64,000 nucleotides of DNA. Origin: Felis catus. Its lineage: Eukaryota. Positions within the stretch are counted from its first letter, which is position 1; every line of letters starts with the position of its first letter. Shown here piece after piece: positions 48,561 to 61,118 of this stretch. Both the position numbers and the translations under genes were made by a program. The notes below the pieces were generated by a model. It searched no databases. It was not told the DNA's origin and saw only the letters and a list, made by a program, of their open reading frames with translations. The stretch spans positions 178,066,001 through 178,130,000 of the forward strand of contig NC_058368.1 in assembly GCF_018350175.1 (NCBI RefSeq). The letters are read 5' to 3'.

Positions 48561-49515
48561 CCAGAATAATTCTTTACAAATTCCAGTCTACAAACATAGA
48601 ATGAATGCTAGAATTAGAACATCACTATTGTGTAACCCCTAACAAAGAATTGATTCAGGCACTAATCTTCAGTTGGTTGAGATTATTAGTTGAAAGATGA
48701 TGGAGAGCTTTATCACAGTGGGATCAGGCTTTTGCCTCCTGAAACAATTGACCAGTATTAGCCTTATTGACTATAGGGCGACCAGACCTGGTGTGCCTTC
48801 TACTGTGATGTGAGAGGCTGTCCACAGCACCCCTCTGGAGGGCTCTTGCCCAAAATGCCAAACCTGAATCTAAATAAGTCTCCAGAGAAAACATCCTCTT
48901 ATATGAAATATAGAACAGAAAAAAGTTAAATGTCCACCCCCACTCCCAGGGAAGCCCATAGACAAATCCATACACGTAGTGTTTTATATAAACAAATCAC
49001 CTGGTTTCTGCAATAAGCCAATGACATAAAAAATAAGGATGGGTGAGAGTACTTTTCTAGATTAGAGAGATTTGAGAGACCAAATAACCAACTGTAATGT
49101 GTAGACTGTGTTTGGAGCCTCATTTTTATTTTTATTTATTTAATTTTTTGGAGCCTAATTTTTAGCAACTAATTATAAAAGGACGTTTTTGAAGACATTT
49201 GGGGAAATGTGGCTATGGACTGGATGGTAGATGATACCAAAGAAATATCATTAACTTTTTTAGGTATGATAAAGGCACTGTGATTATGTATGAAAGTGTC
49301 ATATATTCTATAGATTCATACTGGGGTGAAATGACACGAAAGCTGGGATAGCTTTTAGATATTTCAGCAAAGAAAGAAGAAAAATAAAAAAGAGATGGAC
49401 AAATCAATGTGGTGAAATGTTGGTAATTATTGAATCTGGGTAATGTGTATATACGGCTTTATTATACTATTCTCCCTACTTTTGATGATGCTAGAAAATT
49501 CTTACAATAAAAATC
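48560..49515 (+). mobile_element. Old L1 3' UTR (L1ME-like)
   Basis: Ends ...TTATTATACTATTCTCCCTACTTTTG...AAAATTCTTACAATAAAAA, a typical L1ME 3' terminus. Confidence 0.55.
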
Positions 49516-49977
49516 AGTAACCCTTCAATGACTTCATGGCTTATTGTGAGAAACCTCAACACTGTACTCTGAATTTAGGGTCCTTTTATCTAGCCCAATC
49601 CTTCTCTTCCAGATTTACCTATTACTACTCCCACTCACTCCCTCTGTACTGTTATAGTGAGTGATTTGCATAACATGATTGTCCCCCCTGCTTTGCATAC
49701 AGTGTTTCTTCCACTTAAATGCTCTCTCCACCCATTATTCTGAGAAGAATGCCCTAGAGGTATGGTTTAAAAAACTGATAACTACTATTTATTGACTGCC
49801 TACTCTGGGCATGGCAATGCACTAGGTGATTGACATGCATTCATTATTAAACAGTCCTGAGATGTTCCTGAGAAGGTGAGACAACAGGGTCAAAGAGGTG
49901 AAGTAATTTGCTCACAGTCTTTTTCATTCTGAAACGTATTATGCTATTTATTTATTTATTTGCTTGTTTAACTATAT

Positions 49978-50168
49978 CAGTGGCTGTCAAACTTTAGGGT
50001 AAATTGGGGTCATCTTGAACAATTGTTTTAAAAGACAGATTTGTGAGGCACACTGCTTATATCCTGGATCCTTTTTGGTTACAGTTGGGTCCTCCAGTTG
50101 GTCATTTCACCAGGGTGTCAAGATGATCCTGTGACTGTGATCTCTGAGCCACACTTTGAGAAACACTA
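49978..50168. mobile_element. MER5-family hAT MITE
   Basis: Termini CAGTGGCTGTCAAACTT and CACACTTTGAGAAACACTA. Confidence 0.55.
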
Positions 50169-50964
50169 CATTACCCCTTGCATCATTTTTCTCTATCACC
50201 ATGTGCAGACTTCTAAGTCGTATTGATGAGATTATACATGTGAAATGATTTTGTAAATCTAATACCTTGAATACGCAAATTTTTATGTTACCTAACATAA
50301 CAGTGGAAGCATTTTAATATTTCAAACTTAAATGACAAAATGTGATCTGGAAGAAAGAATTCATTAGCACTGTCAACAAATATATTGACTGTGTGGACTG
50401 TGCAAATAACTCCCAAACCTGCACTGAAATATGCCTATCGCCATCAGGAAGGAACAGTTGTCTCCCTTTTTCTTCCACTATCAATATGGTATTGGATAGG
50501 CTGAAACTTTACAACCAAAAGTGTCATTATTTTGAGTGAAGTTCTCTGTATTTTGAGGAGGCAAAGCAAAAACAGAAGCCATAAGAAAAAAATTAAGTGA
50601 GAAATTTGTGTCAAAAAATGGCTCCGGTGTGTAAAGAAATTTTTTTTTGTAAATAATTTGTGCATGTATAAATTCAATTGGCACTAATAATTGAGGGCTT
50701 TTTTTTCCTACTCAAATAGTCAGGAGACTTTTACCCAAAATTGCCACAAAATATGCATAGTATTTAAGCAGCATGAAAGGGGAATCCTAGTGACAAAGAA
50801 ACCTTGCATTATAAACTTATTCAGAGGTGTCTGTCACCTAATTGAATATATGGATTATTTAGGATGGGAAAACATTTTGTTAGAAATTCTAAGAGACTTA
50901 GTAAGAATAAAGCTGTGAAGATGCTGTACTAAGTTGGGGGAGAATGCTGAGGTGAAAAAAAAAG

Positions 50965-51940
50965 GAACCACGTATGTGATAAGGGGCTTGCATCTAGAAT
51001 ATATAAAGAACTATTATGATTCAGTAAGAAAAAGACAAATGACTCAGCTAACAATGGACAAAAGATCTGAGTCGACATTCCCAGGAAGAAGATATACAGA
51101 TGGCCAGTAAGCACATGAAAAGAGACTCAACATCATGAACCATTAGGAAAGGCAAATGAAAAGCATACTGAGACACCATGTCACACACGCTAGGAAAACT
51201 ATAATTTAAAAAAAAGAAACAGAGCAAAAGATATAATAACAGACGTTGGCAATAGTGTAGAGAACTGGAACCATAATACACTGCTGGTGAAGATGTAAAA
51301 TGGCACAGATGCGTTGGAAAGTTTAGCAAATGGTTAAACGGAGAGTTACTACATAATACAGCAGTTCTACCTGTAGGCATATACCCAAGAGAAATGAAAA
51401 CCTGTCTGCACAAAAACTTGTACATATATGTTCATGGTAACATCATTCCTAAAAACCAAAAAGTGGAAACAACCCAAATATCCATCAACTGAAGAATGAT
51501 AAATAAAACATGGCATGTACACACAATGGAATATTATTCCAATAAAAAAGAATAATAAGGAACATACTGGCACATTTTACAGCACGCATGAACTTTGAAA
51601 ACCTCATGTTAACGGAAGAAGTCAGTCACAATTGACCACATAATGTATGATTCCACTTATATGAAACATTCAGTATAGGAAAGTCTATAGAGACAGAAAG
51701 TAGATTAGTGATTGTCTAGGGCTGGACAACATGGGAGGATTGGAGGGTGATGACTAAGGAGAGTGAGGTTTCTTGTTTAGACTAATGAAAATATAAAATT
51801 GATTGTGGTGAATAAAATTGATTGTGGCATGAATTGTTGCACAGTTCTGTGAATATATTAAAAACCATTACATTGTATACTTTAAGTGGGTGAATTGTAT
51901 GGTATGTGAAATAGATCTCAGTAAAACTGTTAACCAAAAA
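50965..51940 (+). mobile_element. LINE-1 3' end (L1MB-like)
   Basis: End of ORF2 and 3' UTR motifs GAAGATATACAGATGGCCAGTAAGCACATG and GGAAACAACCCAAATATCCATCAAC; 3' terminus CTCAGTAAAACTGTTAACCAAAAAA. Confidence 0.8.
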
Positions 51941-53984
51941 ATGGACCGGATCAAAAAATATAAAAGCTGTTCCTTGTGACATAAAATAAGGGATAATAAT
52001 AATAGTCCTTACTCTAGGATCTCATTTTCTCTCGCGGATGGGAGAAAGGGAAACATCTTTGAACGTATGTGTACCAAGCTTTGTTCAATTCTTATTTAAT
52101 ACTACCAAGTGGCAAGGTAGGCATTTTCTTATTTCACAGGTGACTTTAATGAAGTTAAGCACCTTACCCAAGGTCAGTCACATCATTAAGTGGCAGAGCC
52201 AAGATTTAAATAAGGTGTGTCTGTCTATGAAGTGAATATTTTCCCCATTACATTTCTCATAATGTTTTCCCATACATCTCATTTTTCCCAATACACCATA
52301 ACTAGCTTTATAATTTTATTTCAATAAAGGAGCTAAATCTAAAACAGACCCTTTTCCTAGAAATGAAATAGCAACTAAGAATATGGTAAATTCTATTTCA
52401 GTGTTATTTTTGTTTAAAAAAAAATTAATAAAAAATATCCTAAACTCCTACAAGTTGCTACAGAGGACACTTTTACCTGTTAGAGGATAAAATTCAAACT
52501 ATATGCATATACACATATTTAATTAATATTTAATTATGTTCACTAAAAGTTCTTCTTGAGAAACAATGGTAGTATCATTGTTGCATAGCTCAGTTTTATC
52601 TTAAGTGATACAACATCTCAGAAATTGACTTTGTTATGGCCCAGAGTAAAAAATAAATAAATAAATAAAGCCACCTTTAAATCTAGCTATAAGAATTTTC
52701 TTCCCCACTTATTTAACTCTTTGTTGCGGCCTACATAGCAATTGGTATCAGCTGATATTGTACAATTATTTAATTGTTGATATGGCCCTGTAAAGGCAGA
52801 TAGCATTTATAAAGTTTATATTCCATAGCTTCTATTTCTTAATATTAAGTATTTTTTCATTAGTAGTAATCTCAGGAAATCAGAGTGGGCCATCAGTCAA
52901 CTTAACATTAAAGTAATTTTTCTTTTTTGTCCCAAGAAAGCAGGAATGCCAATGCCAAGGGCACCAAATAAAAAAGCTAGCAATCACATAAATCCCCCTT
53001 TTCTAGGGCAAAGCTACTCTATGTGGCCCTTGGAAGTATTAAGTTGTGAACATCCAATCAAAAATAAATGGGATAAGAAATAAAACAAAAAGTGGACTGG
53101 TGTTAAATTGTTGCTTCTCAACATTAGGGAGTACATTTTATATCAAGAAACTCATAAAGAATGGATGGTTTAGCTTAGGTCTCCTAACCACCAAATTTTT
53201 TTGTCCTATCTTGTGTTAAAAGCTCCTAATATTTGGCAATACTTTTCTTTTTTGTTTTTCCTCTTTGGGGAGTACTTTTTGATTGCTAACAACAGTAACC
53301 TTTTCTTGGACTTAAATGAATCAAACCCATTTAGTTTTAACTCTGAATTGCCCACAAATCAATTACTTTATGCTTGACTACAGAAAACTCTGGTATGACT
53401 TCATTGTTCACCTAATGTCACATATTAATCGGCAAAGCTGGCACTTTAATTTTCTTGTGTTTTACAAACTTAATATACTCACAATAACCTGTGCTAATAT
53501 AACTGATGATAAATCTACCTGTCTTCTCTGCAAAAGGTCTAACAGACTTCTGTAGCCCTAGCATGATCAACGTTCAAACTCAATCTATCATATTACCTGC
53601 CAAAACCCCAAAGAAAATCATACCCAATGGACTGTTAAACCACATTAGGTTTGTATTATTTAGCATAAGAACATTGAGTCAGAGTTATGTAAAATGCAGC
53701 CTTGAAAACATTTTAAAGGATTTTAGCCTGTTGCTGATGTGTATACATCATTATGTTAAAATAACTGCAAATTGTTTCTTATGAATGTAGAAAAAATCAT
53801 AATTATGTTGGCAAATTGGTCATTTTGCAAAGCACATGAATTCAAACCATCATAGGAATGTATTAACATAAATTAACAGAAAAATGGTTAAATATGTTTT
53901 TGTAAATGCGGTGAATTTTTAGAGGCTTGTTACAAGATTCTGAAAGAATTCTCCTCTCTGAATTCATTTTCTTACACTTTAACT

Positions 53985-54180
53985 TAAATGTTTAGTTATT
54001 TTTGAGAGAGAGAGGGAGAGTGTGAGCAGGGGAGGGGCAGAGAGAGAGGGAGACAGAATATCCAAAGTAGGCTCTGTGATGACAGCAGAGAGCATGATGT
54101 GGGGCTCAAACTCACAAACCATGAGATCAGGACCTAAGCCAAAGTCAGACGTTTAACCGACTAAACCACCCAGGTGCCCC
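53985..54180 (-). mobile_element. Can-SINE
   Basis: TSD CTTA(C/T)ACTTTAACTT. Confidence 0.9.
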
Positions 54181-55911
54181 ACCTTATACTTTAACTTCAA
54201 GTAGCATTATTATCCATGTAGAAATTAGAAATTAGAGTATGGAGGGGGTAGCCAAATACAAAATGGTAGGATTTTGTATTCCCAAATTGTTGACATCACC
54301 AGCTCTTTTATACTTACCTTCTCAGCTCTAGGAACTCACAAATTTCACTGAGAAGTTGTGACTCAATGATACAAATGATTTTGAAGATTTCTGACACTAG
54401 TTTTGGTGGCCCTAAAAGTGATTCTAGAAAAGCTACCCTCATTTAAAAATTAAAAACAAAAATAAAAACAAAAAAACCCCAGAAGATGGACAATGGAAAG
54501 TTTAGTCTTAGAATACTCATTAGTGATAAATATGATAATGATATCAGGATCACTAGACTTCACCTGTCACCATCTTTCTATCACTCTGGAGAATATATTC
54601 ACAATAATAGGTTATTACTGATTGGAGAGATTATTTTGAACACGGGATCTTAGGCAAAAATGTCTTTGCTAAACTATGTAATTCTCCAGGGTTTTGACTT
54701 TCAGAACATCCAGTACTGCAATGCTCTGCGAACTGTGTATCTGCATTTGCAATTCTAATACTGTATTAGAATGGGTTGACATTATTAGAGTGGGGACATT
54801 GCTGGTGAAGCCTTATTTCATTCTGGGAATCTGCTTCTTGAGATCTCACATTTTTACTTGTTAGAAACAAATGTAGTAGGGTAAATTGCACCTATGGACA
54901 TTTGAAAACTAAGTGGAATGATCATATTCTGAAACACATGTGTTTAGAATGTGAGCATGTGATAACACACAATAGGTTCTAGATATGGATATAACTGTTG
55001 AACTTGCTCTGTTCTATTAATGGCTATCTCCAGATACTATATTTTGAAGTGTTTAATGAGCAATATAGAACTCTAGAGAGCATGCATTAAGGCATTTGAA
55101 AATCTATAAAAATTAGAATGACTCATTTTTGAAGAATGAATTACATTAATATGGGGCTGTAAAACTATCTCTGTGAAAGTTGCTTTATTTTTCTTCATCT
55201 TCGCCAATGAGTATAGAAGTTTTATGTTTACATTGGCTTCTTTATCCTGTCAAGAAAAATGCAGCCTTATAAGAACTTTATTTTGTCTTGTTATAGCTCT
55301 TAAGTGCCCCCAAATAAATGCAAATGACATAGGAAGTCTTTTCTACTTACTTATTAAGTAATGTAGATTTACAATCTATTTCATGTGGTTCTTTCAAATG
55401 ATTTAAGTTTTGACTCTCACACCAAAATGAAATTTCATCCAATTGGTTATGTGCCATATCCACACTTTTAAAAAGGTATTAGTTCCCATACAGATATAAT
55501 TCATATTTATCAATGTATTGCTTCTTATTATTTTTAACTCCATCTAGATATCACTAAATTAAAATGTAGTTGATTTTACATAACTGTAGAAGAGATAAAG
55601 AGAATTCTGTTAATGTTATGAAATGTAAAAAACATTTACTCAATAACGTTTCCTATTATTCAATAAAATCAAAGTTGAGCCCTAGTACAGTTAATTTTTT
55701 TTTCTTGTATAATTTTATCTATGGAGCACTAAATCAAGTGCTAGACAACAAATTCCTTATACCTGAATTTTTTAGGACTGCTGGAGATCAGATAACCTGG
55801 AAATTAAGTCAGATTGTAACCACAAAAAAATATCAGGCTCTTTCATCATTTCAGCACACACAGTCAATGTTAGAAATAGATAACATACAGAGAGACATAT
55901 AGTCTTTATTC

Positions 55912-56097
55912 TTTTTTTTTTTTAAAGTTTATTGTTGAGAGACAGAGAGCACAAGTGGGGGAGGGCAGAGAGAGTAAGGAGACAGAAGATCCAAAGGGGA
56001 CTCTATGCTGACAGCAGAAAGCCAACTCATGAACCATGAAATAATGACCTGAGCCAAAGTTGGATGTTTAAATGACTGAGCCACCCAGGTGCTCCCC
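55912..56097 (-). mobile_element. Can-SINE (internally deleted)
   Basis: T tail, minus-strand body ending GGTGCTCCCC; TSD-like TATAGTCTTTATTCTTT/TATATTTTTATTCTTT. Confidence 0.87.
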
Positions 56098-56129
56098 TAT
56101 ATTTTTATTCTTTAAAATTACAAGGGAAT

Positions 56130-56355
56130 GGGGGGGGGGGTGCCTGGGTGGCTCAGTCGGTTAAGTGTCTGACTCTTGATTTCCTCTCAGGTCATGATCT
56201 CGTGGTTTGTGGGATCCAGCCTTGCATCAGGCTCCATGCTGACAGCTAGGAGCCTACTTGGGATTCTCTCTTTCTCTCTCTGTCTCTCTGCCCCACCCTC
56301 ACTCGCATGTGCACACACTCTCTCTCTCTCAAAATAAATAAATAAACTTAAAAAT
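56130..56355 (+). mobile_element. Can-SINE
   Basis: TSD CAAG(G/T)GAATGG. Confidence 0.9.
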
Positions 56356-57389
56356 CAAGTGAATGGTATAGGGATTCTGTATTACCTGATTCATGAGATC
56401 TTTTGTGCTTCCTGCTAATATTGGTGCTCTTCTGAGAGTTTAGCGACCTGAACTGGCAGACATTTTTATAGGTCTTTCCTTCAGGCCCATAGACACTTTC
56501 TTGGTTCACATAGATGCCTCATGGCTCAGGGGGTTTACCATCCATCAGTTCCTCTGCATCCAGGACACATATCAGGTGGTGCCCACACTGACCACAGAAG
56601 TGACTTTTCTGTCCATGTCACAGAGCTTACCTTCCACATTCCCACATCCTAAGCAGTGGCCATATTGATCCGACACAGTCCCAGACAGGCAGTTTGCAGG
56701 CTGGAAGCAGAGTTTTAAATCACATTTTCCTTTGTCATCTCTTCCCCTCAATAATCTCAGCCAGCCCCCATGATGCAAACTGGGGGGACTACAAACCATG
56801 TTGCAGGGCTGCAAAGATCACTACACTTACCAGAGGCTTCATTCATTCAAAGGCAGTGAACATGAGCCTTGAATATCTGGTTTTGAGCCAAGAATAAAAC
56901 CAAAGTTACTCATTTCTTCCTTTTATTCTTTTACTCTTTTCCTCCAAAACAGAAACAAAAACAAATCACAAATCTGCCACAAATGATTTCAAGCCAATAT
57001 TGACATCACATTCCAAGTCTACAGAAGATATACAGGATATTTTAAAATCCACAAATCCTCTTCTGGGCTGCAATTTTATAGGGACAGCTTTTGAGTTTAA
57101 AACAAACTATGCTCTTGGCAATAAAAGTATACTTTTTGCCTCCTGTTAGTTCAGGAAGCCAAATCTCAAGGCCATTATTGTATGAGAATAAAATTGTTTT
57201 ATATCACCTAATAGTGAAGCCCAAGAAATATTAATGAAGAAAACTTATGTAAAGTGTAAAGTTTATTTACTATCATGTATGATTTTTAAACATTTAGCGA
57301 CTCTCCATTATTTCTTTTTTTTCCTCTTCTTCCTTCCTCTCTCCCTCTTTTTCTTCCTTCTGTTCTAGTCATAAAAGTTAGACTAGCAA

Positions 57390-57604
57390 GGAGGCGCCTG
57401 GGCGGCTCAGTCTGTTAAGGGTCCGACTCTTGGTTTCAGCTCAGGTCAGGATCTCACATTTCATGAGCTCGAGCCCTGTGTTGGGCTCTGCACTGGCAGC
57501 ATGGATCCTGCTTGGGATTCTCTCTCTCCTTCTCTCTCTGCTCCAACTCTGCTCTCTCTCTCTCTCTCTCTCAAAATAAAAAAAAACTTAAATAAAATAA
57601 AAAA
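57390..57604 (+). mobile_element. Can-SINE
   Basis: TSD-like AAAAGTTAGACTAGCA/AAAAGTTATACTAACA. Confidence 0.9.
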
Positions 57605-58824
57605 AAGTTATACTAACATGTTCAGTACACCTAGGTTACTATTTTATGAAATAATAGAACATATCTATGGTGCAACCTAATTGTCCTCTGTTTATTTGAG
57701 AGTCAAGTGAGGTTTTAGGGCATTATTTAATACGCTGTGATTCTAAAATCACTGCTAAACAAGAATAAAGCATTGGACTTCTGGTTAAACATGGTAAATG
57801 AGTTCTCATGTATATTTCTGTCCCCTCCTCACATCTCACTAAAATGGTAGTGAGGAGTTTGAACAACACACATTAATGAAGACAAAAAGAACAGGAGAGA
57901 GTACCATAGCAAATGGGGAAATCAACACAATGTTGGAAACTGGAAGCAAATAAGTAGGCAGTTACTGATTTAGCACGGCAGAGAGAGTAGCAACCTAGAC
58001 ACCTGCAGTAGGAGCAGGAGAAGGTGACAGGAAGCCAGCCACATCATACTGCAGAACCCCACAATGTCAAGATATGACAGCAACAGGAACCTCTGGAGAC
58101 AAAGTTGTGGAGTGGGGCTGAAAACAGGTTTTGAAAGTTAGCATATAGAACAGTAAGATCCATTCTCTGGTAGCTGGTTCAAAAAAAACAACAACTTGGA
58201 GTTCAATTTCTTGCAAGGTTTGCTCAGCTGTGGCCAAGGGTAAAGGGCTGGACTAGGAGATTTAGTGAAGTCAGCTTACTGACCTGCTAGACTACATGCC
58301 CATTTTCTCTCTGGGCTCCAGGGATGCTGGCAGCCAGGTTTATATCTTCCAAGAAAGAAATTGATGTCCTTGGGAAATATAGTCACTTTGGATAACAGTG
58401 AACAAGCTGACCCACCACCTCATCACCCTTTTATCACTCTCTTAAAAGTTCACTAGTTGGATGCTGTGTCCATGAAGAGCTTCCTGTGTTATACCTCAGA
58501 GTGATACAGGCAAGAGGAGAGCCTCTAATATGAAAGATGAGAGACAAATAAGCACGTAGAAAAAATCTACTTGAAGAAATAGGAGAATCAGGGAGAAGAA
58601 AACTTAAAAAAAATAACTATAATTTGACAAATCAAAACCACAATGAGATACCACCTCACACCTGTCAGAATGGCTAAAAACAACAACACAAGAAAAAACA
58701 AGTATCAATGAGGATGGGGAGGAAGGGGAACCTTCTTGCACACTGTTGGTGGGAATGCAAACTGGTGCATTCCACTGTGGAAAACAGTATGGAGGTTCTT
58801 CAAAAGTTAAAAATAGAACTGCCT

Positions 58825-59052
58825 GGGGGTGCCTGGGTGGCTCAGTCAGCAAAGTGTGGGACTCTTGATTTCGGCTCAGGTCATGATCTCGTGGTTCATG
58901 AGATCAAGCTCTATGTCGAGCTCTGCACTGACAGCATGGAGGGATTGGGATTCTCTCTCTCTCTCTCTCTCTCTCTCCCTCCCTCCCTCCCCCACTTGGT
59001 CAGTCTCCCTCTCTCTTAAAATAAATAAATAAGCATTCAAAAAAAGAAAAAA
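58825..59052 (+). mobile_element. Can-SINE nested in the carnivore L1
   Basis: TSD-like AGAACT(G/A)CC. Confidence 0.9.
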
Positions 59053-59221
59053 ACAGAACTACCCTATGATCCAGCAATGCACTACCTGGTATTTATCCAA
59101 AGGATACAAAAATACAGGTTTGAAGGGGTATATGTACCCCGATATTTATAGCAGCATTGTCAACAATAGCCAAAGTATGGAAAGAGCCCAAATTTCCATC
59201 AACTGATGAATGGGTAAAGAA

Positions 59222-59275
59222 GATGTGATGTGATGTGATGTGATGTGTGTGTGTGTGTGTGTGTGTATGATGGAT

Positions 59276-59331
<56 letters not shown>

Positions 59332-59358
59332 ATATATATACATATACACACATATATG
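59222..59358. repeat. Compound microsatellite (GATGT)n(GT)n...(TA)n inside L1
   Basis: Read directly. Confidence 0.95.
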
Positions 59359-59744
59359 ATGGAATATTGCTCAGCCATCAAAAGGAATGAAATCTTGCCA
59401 TTTGCAATGACATGGATGGAGCAAGAGTGTATTATGCTAAGCAAAATAAGTCAGAGAAAGGCAAATGCCATATGATTTCACTCGTATGTGGAGTTTAAGA
59501 AACAAAACATGAACATATGGGAAAGGGAAAAAAAGAGAGGGAAACAAACCATAAGAGACTCTTAACTACAGAGAATAAACTGAGGGTTGATGGAGGGAGG
59601 CGGGTGGAGGATGGGCTAACTAGGTGATGGGTATTAAGGAGGGCACTTGTCCTCTTGAGCACCAGGTGTTATATGTAAGGGATGAATCGCTAAATTCTAC
59701 TTCTGAAAACAATATTACACTGTATGTTAACTAACTAGAATTTA

Positions 59745-59962
59745 TTTATTTATTTTTTTCAACACTTATTTATTTTTGGGACAGAGAGAGACAGAGCATG
59801 AACGGGGGAGGGGCAGAGAGAGAGGGAGACACAGAATCGGAAACAGGCTCCAGGCTCTGAGCCATCAGCCCAGAGCCTGACGCGGGGCTCAAACTCCCAG
59901 ACCGCGAGATCGTGACCTGGCTGAAGTCGGACGCTTAACCGACTGCGCCACCCAGGCGCCCC
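59745..59962 (-). mobile_element. Young felid SINEC_Fc-type SINE at the L1 3' end
   Basis: Perfect 16-bp TSD AACTAACTAGAATTTA (59729-59744 and 59963-59978); CpG-intact body. Confidence 0.95.
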
Positions 59963-60915
59963 AACTAACTAGAATTTAAAAACAAATTTTGAAGGAAACA
60001 AACATACAACCAAAATTATAACTTTAAAAAACCTATAATTAATATCCATATCCTTAGAGAAAAGAAAATATTGCATTCCTGGAACAAGCACAGGATACCA
60101 TAATAAGGAAACATTCAGAGAAGAGGAAATGACCTTGGAAGTGAAAAATAAAATACTACATAAATAAACCATTAGTTGGAAGGAAAAGTTGAAGAAATCA
60201 CCTGAAATCTACACTAAATAGGCAAAAAAGATAGGCAAGCAAAGAAGAAACAGAGGATCTTTTTTAGAAGTCAAACATCTAACTAGTAGGACTTCAGATA
60301 CAGAGAACAGAGATACTATCAAAAGGAGGGAAATTATCAAAGAAACCACACAGGAAACATGAACGATGTGTATCTATAGGTGGAAAGAGCCAAATAAGAG
60401 CCCAACACAATGAATAAAGCAAACTTTGAGCATTCAGTGTGGACTGGTAGTTTAGGGCTGCAGGATGAGTGTTCAGGAAAAACAAAACAAAACATGCACA
60501 CACTGGAAAACCATAAATCACTTGGTGCATTTGACCATACTGAGAGTTTTATGGTTCTGGTTCTGGCAAAGAGCTGGGGATGAATTAGTAACAGAAACAG
60601 AAAATACTAAAGAAGTGGAGTGGTGACACAATTATTAATTCCAAGAAAAACTGTCACATAAGAAAAGTTATCAAACAGTACTACTACTGTTGTTCAGCTG
60701 TGAATAACATTTCTATGTCCAAATCACTATAGGCGTTGACCATTGAGTTAAAAACAATTCTTACTCTATTAGGAGGAGAGAAAAGGGGAATTGTTGGGGG
60801 ACATGGTGGTTGAGAGTTAAATTTTCATCATTCATAGTAGTAAGTCAATTATAACTCAAAAGTTGAAAAATTAAGAAATAGCAACTAATCATACTTTAAA
60901 AGAAATATAAAAGTA

Positions 60916-61118
60916 GGGGTGCATGGGTGGCTCAGTCAGTTAACCATCCGACTATTGATTTCAGCTCAGGTCATGATTTCATGGTTCGGTTTGTAGGTCT
61001 CACTGCACTGACAGTGCAGAGCCTGCTTGGGATTCTCTCTCCCTCTCTTCTGCCTCTCCCCTGTTCACTCTCCCCTCCTCTCTCTCTCAAAATAAATAAA
61101 TAAACATTTAAAAAAAGA
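60916..61118 (+). mobile_element. Can-SINE
   Basis: TSD ATAAAAGTA. Confidence 0.88.

Larger units (their letters stand above)
58628..59744 (+). mobile_element. Carnivore-type LINE-1 3' fragment with a nested SINE and microsatellites
   Basis: CAAATCAAAACCACAATGAGATACCACCTCACACCTGTCAGAATGGC...AAACCATAAGAGACTCTTAAC...GATGGGTATTAAGGAGGGCACTTG (carnivore L1 3' UTR). Confidence 0.85.
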
